Source: Balanoglossus misakiensis
Taxonomy: Eukaryota; Animalia; Hemichordata
Assembly: GCA_040954595.2 (NCBI GenBank)
Contig: CM082586.2
Span: 11,501,337 to 11,565,336, forward strand
DNA: 64,000 nt
Direction of reading: 5' to 3'
Shown piece after piece: positions 51,057 through 61,100 of the stretch (its first letter is position 1; each line of letters starts with the position of its first letter). The notes below the pieces were generated by a model. It worked only from the letters and a program-made list of their open reading frames with translations, searched no databases and was not told the origin of the DNA. The translations under genes and the position numbers were made by a program.

Positions 51057-52481
51057 ATGGCTGTGTCCAAAATATCAATTCAAGAGCGAAGCATTTATGT
51101 GCAACACTTGCCTTTTGAATGTACAAAGAAAAATTTTAGTGAATTTATCGAGTTACAGCTTGGTTTGGCCCAGGTTGATCAAATTTATATTTCTGATAAA
51201 GATTCCGCTTTTGTCATATTTGAGAATATAGAATCAGCCACAGCCGCTCTGCCAGTAATACATAAAAGCACTTTTGAAGAAAGCAAATTACGGGCAAGTC
51301 GTGTGACCACAGCCCGAGGGTTGGAACTGTGGCATTTAATTGAGGAAACCGAACAAAGTACTGGCCTAGATTACAATGAAACCAGTGATCCCAAAACATC
51401 CAAACCCAAAGCAGATGTACAGGAAATTATTAACATGTTGAGTTTACTGTCTGAAGCAGATAGGAAAGCGGTTGCACAGGCCATATCACCTGCTCCACTG
51501 AAACCAATCGTATCAACCCCTATGCCACAGCCGATTCCATTTCCAGCATTTCCAGTACCAACTTCAGTTGCAGATTCTTCACCATTTATTATGTCTTCAC
51601 CTGCCCAAGCAGCTGCTGCACAGCCAGCCAGAGCCACTACTGCTTTTCACTCGGTGGAATTCCCAAGAATAGTCGTCTTCTCTGGCAAAGGTGATGTCAC
51701 TTATGAAATGTGGCGATATGAAGTTCGAGCACTACAGAGGGAGAATGTGTTTCCGGAGACCATAATTATGCAGGCTGTTCGGAAATCCCTACGAGCGTCC
51801 GCTGCTGAAGTCCTACTACATATGGGAGGAGACATCACAGTGTCCCGATTGATGGCGAAGATGGACATGGTCTTTGGGAAAGTATTGCCACCGGAAGCAG
51901 TTTTGGAAAAATTCTATACAGCACGACAAACGAAGACAGAAAAGGTAGCAGAATGGGCCTGTCGCATCGAAGGACTTTTGGATGAACTCAGATCAGGTCA
52001 GTCCATCTCTAGTAATTCAGAAGAAACCATGCTTCGAACCAAATTCTTTTCTGGCCTGTCAGATGAGCACATTAAGAATGCAATCAGACACCGATATGAT
52101 ACGGGAGAAGATTATTCAGGATTGTTGCTAGCCGCAAGAAAGCTTGAAGTAAATAGGGAGACCACTACCAGGGTTCACCAAGCAACTGTTGCTGACAAGA
52201 CGATGATAACCAAATTGGAGGAACTTACCAAAGGTCTGAAGAACTTAGCTGAGAAGGTTGCTGAACTAGAGAAGCGAACTTCAACATCATCAACTCCAGA
52301 GTCTACTTTTCGCCGACGTGTCAACAATGAAAATGGCCGGGATCGGCGTGGCAACGATGGAACTCGCCAACCCAAACAAGTTTTCCCAGGCAACTGCTTC
52401 AAGTGTGGTGAACATGGACACAAAAAGACAGACTGTCCTTTAAATGGGGAGCGACCAGGCATCCGGAGGGACATGCGCTAG
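51057..52481 (+). CDS. gag: Gypsy C Gag: N-terminal RRM-like domain, Pro-rich linker, PNMA-like capsid, coiled coil, CCHC knuckle
   Basis: Intact ORF from the first ATG (MAVSK); IYVQHL and KDSAFVIF RNP2/RNP1-like motifs; FSGK..YEMW..AVRKSLR; CFKCGEHGHKKTDC. Confidence 0.9.
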   Translation: MAVSKISIQERSIYVQHLPFECTKKNFSEFIELQLGLAQVDQIYISDKDSAFVIFENIESATAALPVIHKSTFEESKLRASRVTTARGLELWHLIEETEQSTGLDYNETSDPKTSKPKADVQEIINMLSLLSEADRKAVAQAISPAPLKPIVSTPMPQPIPFPAFPVPTSVADSSPFIMSSPAQAAAAQPARATTAFHSVEFPRIVVFSGKGDVTYEMWRYEVRALQRENVFPETIIMQAVRKSLRASAAEVLLHMGGDITVSRLMAKMDMVFGKVLPPEAVLEKFYTARQTKTEKVAEWACRIEGLLDELRSGQSISSNSEETMLRTKFFSGLSDEHIKNAIRHRYDTGEDYSGLLLAARKLEVNRETTTRVHQATVADKTMITKLEELTKGLKNLAEKVAELEKRTSTSSTPESTFRRRVNNENGRDRRGNDGTRQPKQVFPGNCFKCGEHGHKKTDCPLNGERPGIRRDMR

Positions 52482-52485
52482 GTCG
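52439..52485 (+). promoter_or_regulatory. Predicted -1 ribosomal frameshift signal of Gypsy C
   Basis: Slippery heptamer T TTA AAT (52439-52445), 6-nt spacer, stem CGACCAGGCAT...ATGCGCTAGGTCG; the -1 frame is open from here into the protease. Confidence 0.75.
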
Positions 52486-55400
52486 GAACGGTAACAGTCC
52501 CTCTAATGTTATTGATTCTTTAATAGGCCACGCCAATGAAACTGAGATTGTGTTGGAAGGATCCTCGTGTATTGCGCTGATAGACACCGGGTCCATGGTA
52601 TCTACTGTTGCTGACACTTTTAACAGAGAGAAGCTACAGAAACCAATTCATGACCTGAACAACTTGGTGAAGGTAGAAGGGGCTAGTGGTACAGAAGTTC
52701 CTTACCTTGGTTATATTGAAGTTGAAGTGAAATTCCCAGATAGCCATGGACAAGAGATGTCTAAAGATATATTATTGCTTGTTGTTGAAGACACGGAATA
52801 TAATCAGATGGTTCCAGTTGTGATAGGCACAAATGTTCTCCAACATTTTGTGGATGAAGATACACAGTACAGTACAGACCTATCCTCAGTATGGAGACTA
52901 GCATACCAAGCGACTATCCACCGGCAGAGGGCCGAAGGTAGGACATTTACAGTTACCACTACTAAACCCACAACCATTGGACCATACGAACGCACAGTCA
53001 TCCATGGATTTTGCAGAGTGGACCTAAGAAATTGTCAATCAGTAGTTGTGGTGGAACCAGAAAATGACAGACTTTTACCTGGTGGTTTACTTGTTACTCC
53101 AGCCGTGTTGAAGTTAGAGCCTCGTGGTAATTCGTGTCGAATCCCAGTAATGGTGACCAACTATGGAGCACGTGCTGTCACAGTTCCCCCTAAAAGCACC
53201 CTATGTAACATGAACTTAGCATCTAATGTCTCACAGCCTTTAGATCCATATGGAGATGATATTGATACAAACTCAGATGGGACCACCTCACCAAAAGTAC
53301 CCGATTGGCTGATAAAAGACCTGGGATTACAAGAGGCAGATACAGAATTAACAGAAATCCAGAAAGACCAAGCCTTGGCTACCATTGGTAAATGGCAAAC
53401 CGTGTTCTCTACAGGTGAGAGAGATTTGGGACACACAACATTGGTAACACATTCGATAAAGTTAACGGATGAAACCCCCTTTAAAGATAAATACCGTCGA
53501 ATCCCTATGGGTATGTACGAAGAATTGCAACAGTACCTGCAAGATATGCTACAGAGTGGTGTGATTAGAGAATCAAACAGCCCGTGGTCCTCAAATGTTG
53601 TATGTGTCAGAAAACCTGATGGGAAGCTGAGGGTGTGTATTGATTATAGACGTCTCAACGCCAAAACCATTAAAGACGCTTACGCATTACCCCAGGTATT
53701 GGATACGCTTGATAACCTTAGTGACGCCGAGTGGTTTTCATCGCTTGATCTACGGTCTGGATATTACCAAGTAGAGATGGCGGAAGACGACAAAGCGAAG
53801 ACAGCTTTCACGGTGGGAAACTTCGGCTTATTTGAATTCAACCGTATGTCTATGGGTCTGACCAACGCACCTGCAACTTTCCAGCGTCTCATGGAGAAGT
53901 GTTTTGGAGAATTGGCGTTCAGAGAATGTTGTGTGTATTTAGATGACATCATAGTATTTTCGAAGACTTTTGAAGACCACCTCAATAGATTGGAGCGGGT
54001 ATTCCAGCGGCTGGCATCACATGGATTAAAGTTGAAGGCAACGAAATGTGTTTAATTCCAGAAGAAGGTGAAATATCTTGGACACGTGGTATCAGCCGAC
54101 GGAATTACAACGGACCCAGACAAGGTAGCAGCTCTGAAGGAATGGCCAATACCCACTACTGTAACAGAACTGAGAAGATTTCTTGGATTTGCAGGGTATT
54201 ACAGGAGATTTATCCAAAGCTACAGTAATATTGCCAAGCCACTTAACGACTTGCTGTGTGGACGTCAGTCAAGGAATAAGGCGGGAAAATTTGAAAAACT
54301 CCAGTGGGGACAACAGGAACAACAAGCTTTCGACACTCTGAGGAAGAGCCTAATGTCGTCACCAATACTAGCCTTTGCTGACTACTCACTTCCATTTGAA
54401 ATACATACTGATGCAAGTTCCACAGGTCTGGGAGCAGTGCTGTATCAACGCCAGAAAGGTATTCTCAGAGTAATTGCCTATGCAAGTAGAGGACTCACCA
54501 AGTCTGAAAGTAATTATCCAGCTCATAAATTAGAATTTTTGGCACTGAAATGGGCCGTCACCAAGAAGTTCAACGACTACCTGTATGGAAGCAAATTCAC
54601 TGTGTTTACAGACAACAACCCTTTGACGTATGTGTTAACTTCTGCGAAACTGGATGCGGTGGGACACAGATGGTTGTCAGACTTGTCATTGTACGACTTC
54701 TCTATTGTTTACCGGAGTGGTAAGAAGAATATAGAGGCTGACGCTTTGTCTAGGATTCCATGGAATAGAGAGAATCCAGAGACGGAAACCAATCTGGGAG
54801 CCGATGTAGTCCAGGCGCTTTGTCGAGCAACAGAAGGTCCATACGTAACTTCATTCGGAATGGTAGCAGATGAGGACAGACCTGCAGTAGTTCAAGGTGG
54901 GGATGATGTGTTCTGGAAGACGGAGCAGTCCAAAGATTCAACAATACGGTATGTGACTGATCAGCTTGAAAAGGACCACAAACCACTTATGAGAGATCAT
55001 ACAGGAGATATCAGACTACTTATACGAGATTGGAAACGCCTTGTTCTGAAGAATGGAGTCCTATACAGGAAATGCTTCATCGATGATATACAATATTTGC
55101 AACTTGTCTTACCAGTACACCATAGAAAAGATGTCCTGGAGGAACTACATGATAAACTTGGACACTTTGGCCAAGATAAAACCCTGGATCTGGTACGACG
55201 AAGATTCTACTGGCCTAGGATGTCGATGGATGTTCAAAAGAAAGTGGAACATTGTTTACCATGCATTCGCAGGAAAAGTTCAACTTCCTTACCCAGAACT
55301 CCCTTGGTTAATATTCACACATCACAACCGATGGAAATGGTGTGCATCGACTTTCTCCATATACCAACACCAGATCAAGGATATAGCAACATATTAGTGA

Positions 55401-56698
55401 TGACGGACCATTTCACTCGATACGCTATAGCAGTACCTACAAAGAACCAGTCTGCCAAAACAACTGCCAAAGCATTGTTTGAACATTTGATTTTGCATTA
55501 TGGGTTCCCAGGACGATTACACAGTGACCAGGGGCGAAACTTTGAGTCGTCTACAATTCAGGAACTTTGCCGAATAGCAAATATTAAGAAGTCCAGGACC
55601 ACTCCATACCACCCCCAGGGAAATGGAATGTGCGAACGATTTAATAAGACGTTATTACAGATGCTTGGAACTATGAATGAAGACAACAAAACAAGATGGG
55701 CTTCACATGTCAATACGATGGTTCATGCCTATAATTCTACAAAGCATGAAAGCACCGGATATTCACCTTTCTTTTTGATGTTTGGTCGTGAACCAAGACT
55801 GCCTATAGATGTATCTGGACATGCAGACCAGACCAACCTAGAATATGGTGGAACAGTTTCAGATTATGTGACGAAACTTGCCGAACGGTTGGATTACGCC
55901 TATAAAGTAGCAACGGAACGGTCTGTTAAGTCTGGTGAACGGCAGAAGAAGTCATATGATAGAAAAGTGAAGGTGGCCATAATACAACCTGGTGATACTG
56001 TGTTGGTGAAGAATACAGGACCTAAAGACAATTACAAATTGGCAGACCAATGGGAAAAGGATCCATATACAGTGATTTCACAGCCCATAGAAGACATTCC
56101 AGTATACGTGGTACAAAAACAAGTTAAGGGTGGAAGGAAGCGGACACTACATAGAAATTTGCTACTCCCAATACCAATAATTCCGGACGAACTGGATGAC
56201 GATGTTAACACCAAGATGACGCAGCGTGATGTTAAGCAGAGTGTACCGGGTGTTATCAACGATGCTACCCAGGATGCAGTGGACGAAGATGATGACGGCA
56301 TTGGTAAATTGCAATTCGTGTCAACTATCAACTTGCCAACAGAACACAATGCTCTTAATCCTACTGCTGCAGAATTCATCCCATCCAGAAGAGAAAATTC
56401 CCTGATGGACAACCCCACAAGTATGGTTAATCCGGATGGACCTTCTCAAGTACTTACCTCAGATTTCTCGAATCATATTTTGCAAAGTACGGATGGTTGG
56501 TCATCGAGCGATCCAGATGGTATCACTCCTGCTACAACCAACATCAGTCCTGACTCCAGTAGTAGTACTCAACCTGAACCACGCTATCCTACACGACAGA
56601 GACGACCTCCAGATAGATATAGTCCCGAACAATGGAATCTAAAACAGTTTGCTCATACGACTTTATCTTCTATACCATTTATTAATTGCCACTATTAA
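52439..56698 (+). pseudogene. pol: Gypsy C pol (protease, RT, RNase H, integrase) with one in-frame nonsense codon
   Basis: ORFs 52550-54055 and 54068-56698 are in the same frame, separated by TAA at 54053 (KCV*FQKKVKYLGH); LIDTGS, YLDD, IHTDAS, HHCC, HSDQG, ERFN motifs. Confidence 0.93.
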
Positions 56699-56757
56699 TC
56701 AAATATCTTTAACTTACTTTAAATAACGAGGACGCCATTTCTCCTCGCAGGGGTGCG

Positions 56758-57399
56758 TGTAACGGCCTTGTTGATCCATTGAATTTGTATACATGTATAT
56801 CTGTATGTATGTTATACCTGTATCTTATAGTAATTAGTTATTCAATTATTCATATGACGTAATAGTACTTACCTTCAATTGGTTGATCTTAATTATATGC
56901 AAACCACCTGGAAGTTTCATTTGACCAATGAACACAAGCTAATCTGGCACTATGATGTAATTGCTGATATAAAAGGACATGGTGCATAAAATTGGTCAGT
57001 TCACCTCTGTAGCCAGACCGGCCACACACGTTGGAACTGACATGTATTTGTTCCATTTCAGGTTAGTTTCCTTGTACCTTACCTGTTGCTTGAAGCTTTG
57101 TATTTTGGTGCATTCTACCGACTCATTTCAGCACAAGTAATTGGTGTCTTTAACTTGCGTCAATTTTCCAATTGTATGTCTATATTTTTCACTTGCATGA
57201 ATTTTGGTGTATTCTGTTGGAGGTGAACTCCCATACATGTGTGTAATTTAGCAGTTCACCTCTGTAGCCAGACCGGCCACACACGTTGGAACTGACATGT
57301 ATTTGTTCCATTTCAGTTATTAAATGTAAGGCCTATGTCTTTGTTACCCGTAACCTGTTTGGTGTGAATATGTTGGAATGAACGGCGACAACCGTGACA
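56758..57399 (+). repeat. Gypsy C 3' LTR (642 bp)
   Basis: Preceded by hairpin CGAGGA...TCCTCG and a short purine tract GCAGGGG. Confidence 0.95.
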
Positions 57400-58162
57400 A
57401 TTGTTAGAGGATTCTCTCCGTTGGATTTTGGAAGCGGATCGACGCGACTGTTGAGTGCGGGACAGCGCCCTCATCGCCAGAACTCGATTGTGCGTCACGT
57501 TCGTTTATAAACTGTTGAACTTTGACCGGACTCGCGGCAGGTTGTGCCACGCCAGTTTTCTTCAGGAAGGTGTTACTTGTTACTTGTTACAGGTTTTGAT
57601 AGAGCTCTTGTTACATCTCTGATGTTGATAGACTTACTATTAATTATACTTCTTTCATTGGATATAAAGTGTCTTTGTGTCATTTTGTCCACACCCCCTT
57701 CACTCGCCCTGTGTTCCCAAAGCTACCGCAATCACCACGAATCCTACGACCCAACTCACATGAACGAAACTTGTTGATTACCCTTGTCGAGTTTGCTCAC
57801 GCCCAGCTAGCCCATCGTTTTTATTGGAATTTTGCAAGGGTAACATCTGGCGCCTACCAACGTGGGGCTGGATTGGAAAGTTTTCCCAGTAGAGTTTTGT
57901 CATTTTACTGTTTCTTACAAATTGACAACAGGGAAGGACGACATTTTGATTCAGCCCATTGAGGTTTGGTTTTGCGGTCGAAAACACAGGACGAGCAGGG
58001 TTGGACGAGTGATACACTTATTGATCGAGCAGGAAATTAAGTACATGTGCCATTGCCTTTGATTTATGGAACACCGACCATTCATAGTTTCCAAACGCTT
58101 TCAATTTTTGTGAGTGTTATTGTAGACTCGAGTTATCGACAGATTGCTCTCGAATTTGAAAC

Positions 58163-61100
58163 ATGGAGGACGCACAAGAAACTGTTGTTAGGGTGAAGAA
58201 AGAGGAAGATGGCGAGGTGAGTATGGCAGCGAAGGGGGGCCCTGAATCTGACCCAAGGGATAAAGAAAATGACACTACTGATGATATTAAAGGGGATAAG
58301 TCTGTTGAACATGGATCAATGACAATGACACCCACTGGGGGAGGCAGCGTTTCTAAATTATCCCAGGGGACAATACCTAAACGGGGAGGTGGCCGAGGCG
58401 TATATTCTCCACTTAGGGGCCGATTGAGGAAACCGGCAGGTGTGCACCCGCAATCTTTGAAAGATTATAGTTTGACAGAAAGCGCGGCACAATTTGATGA
58501 TGAGCGCGAACGGTTAGTCGAATTGGAAAGCGAGCTAAAATCTCTTCTTGAGCGTGAGCACAGACGCAATAGAGAAATCGAATCCGAGGTTTCGCCACAG
58601 CATAGTAGTAACAAAACCGAGGAACGTCATGAGTACGAGCCGACACATCGAACATTTGCCGAAGTGAATTATACAGCACCACGGGTACCGAACTTTACCG
58701 GCGACCATAAAGGCAAGGATAGTATGTCATATGAGTCCTGGTTGAGGGAGGTACAGAGTATGAGACAGAGTGGCGTTCATAGCGATCGCGTACTGCGACA
58801 GGCCGTTCGGAAATCCATACGTGGTGAAGCGAGTGAGATCATACTAGGTTTGGGAATCGACCCGTCCATTGAAAAGATGTTGAATAAACTAGAAACTGTG
58901 TATGGTGTAGTTGTGTCTACGGCTACATTGAAGCGGCAGTTGTACAATGATTTTCAGAAGGAAGGTGAGTCAGCAGCGTCATTTGCATGTCGCGTCGAGA
59001 TAAACCTGAGACGTATATATGATCGCGGAGGTGTCCGCGAGAGCGAAATGGATTTGATTCTGCGTACTACCCTGTGGGAAGGACTGACAGACCTGCGAGT
59101 GAAAGACATCGCCAGGCATCGGTATGAAAATGCCAAGAATTTTGATGAGTTGCTACGGATCATCCGTGTTGCTGAACAAGAAGTACAGGGAGCGCATGGA
59201 CGGAAAACTGGAGAGAAGTTGGAAGATAGGCGAAAGAAGACAAGAGGACATAGAGCGGTGAAGCAACAGCAGGAAGTGTCTGAGTCGGATTCCGACAATG
59301 AAGAGCGTTCAAACAAAAAGAAACCACGTGACCACGAAAGTGATGAAATGTATGTTAAAATGACTGCGATGTTGAAAGCGATGCAATTACAACAGGAACA
59401 GGTGAAGTTGGCTATGGAACAGCAACGAAAGGAACATGCCGCTGGAATGGAAGAGATCCGGAATGCTCGTGCAACAATGATGGTCTCATCAAACGGCGTG
59501 TCTCGACCACGTGATGTTGCCGCACGGATTTCACAGGAACCAGACTCGAGACGAGGAACCCCAAATCAAAGTGACGAACGAAGTGGAAACAAGAGTGGAG
59601 AAAAGCCATTCACTTGCTACAACTGCAATGGGGAAGGTCACATGTCACATGAGTGCAAGCAGCCATGTGGTAGATGTAAAGAAGAAGGACACACCTCTGC
59701 AAGTTGCCCAAAAAGAAAACGCGCATCTGTGAAAGCCAAGAGCATGACGGGAAGACGACGATGTGAAAAGAACCCAAAGAGAAAAGGTAAGCCAAGATCC
59801 ATTGATGGACGGATTGTTGGTCCATTGAATGAGCAGTACGCCTTTGTGAATGGAAGGAAATGTTTGGCTCAAGTGGACACAGGATCACAAGTTACCATGA
59901 TCAGTGAAGACTACTATCGTCGATACTTGTCCGATGTGCCATTCACTCCGTTGGATGAAGTTCTCGAGATCGCAGGTGTAACTGATGATGTTGTACAGTA
60001 CGTTGGTGTGATAGAGGTTGAGGTTAGCTTCCCTAGTCACGTCTTCAATGATGATACCACTTTCAGTCTATTGGCACTGGTAGTGAAAGGAACTGAGAAC
60101 AATGATCGAGTGCCGGTGTTGGCGGGAACCAACTGGTTGAATCGTTACATGACGATGAAGATGTTGAACGATGGTGGTAGGACAATGAGCAGGATGAAGC
60201 CAGTAGCGAGAAGGGCTATTGCAACCCTACGCGCTCGTGAACAGTTCTATGGACCATACGGAAACATGGGAGTAGTGCGAGCGGCAGTAAGCGAACGGGT
60301 GACACTGGAGCCACGTACTGCACATACCATTCGAGGGAGCATGAAGGCTGGTCCCAAAGGAGAGAAACATGAAGTGCTGTTAGGTGATGACTGTGACTGG
60401 AATGAACACAAAGGATGGACTCTGAACCCTATGGTGACGATCGCTGAGTGTGGGAAACGCTCGTCAGCCGTGCCTGTGGTAATAAAAAATGAAACTGACA
60501 AACCCATCGTCATCAAGCCGAGACAGGTTGTTGCTACAGTGAAGGCGGTACGAGGAATAGAAGTGCAGCCGCGAAGGGACACCAAGGATAATGGAATTCA
60601 CGACGAACCTTTGGAAGCGAGAGAGGTGACGGTTGGAGGATTGTCCTTTGATGTGACCGGTTCACCGGTTGACCAGGATCAGATGATAAAGATACAGGAT
60701 GTTCTGGAACGTAACATTGGATCATTTTCGACCAGTGACGGCGACCTAGGAAGATGTACGATCCACAAACATGAGATCAACTTGAAAGATGAACGTCCAG
60801 TCAAACAACCGTATCGTCGGATTCCTCCAGCTTTATATGACGAGATCCGAGTGCAGATAGGAGGAATGTTGGACAATGGGGTGATACGACCATCAAAAAG
60901 TCCTTGGTCTTCTCCTCTCGTCCTTGTGGCAAAGAAAGACGGAACCACTCGTATATGTGTAGATTATAGACGTCTGAATGCGCAGACGACTCCTGACGCG
61001 TATGCTCTACCTCGTATTGAGGAGGGACTGGATGTTTTGAGTGGCGCGAAATGGTTTACATCGATCGACTTAAAAAGTGGATTTTGGCAAATAGCTATGT

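Larger units (their letters stand above)
49340..57399 (+). mobile_element. Ty3/Gypsy LTR retrotransposon C, full length, nested in the Gypsy B LTR
   Basis: TG...CA LTRs, TSD ATTG (49336-49339 and 57400-57403), tRNA-Ser PBS, gag plus pol in the -1 frame. Confidence 0.97.
48405..57845 (+). repeat. Gypsy B shared middle LTR, split by element C (48405-49339 and 57400-57845)
   Basis: The two halves joined across TSD ATTG reproduce LTR1 with about 7 substitutions and one small indel region seen by eye. Confidence 0.93.
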
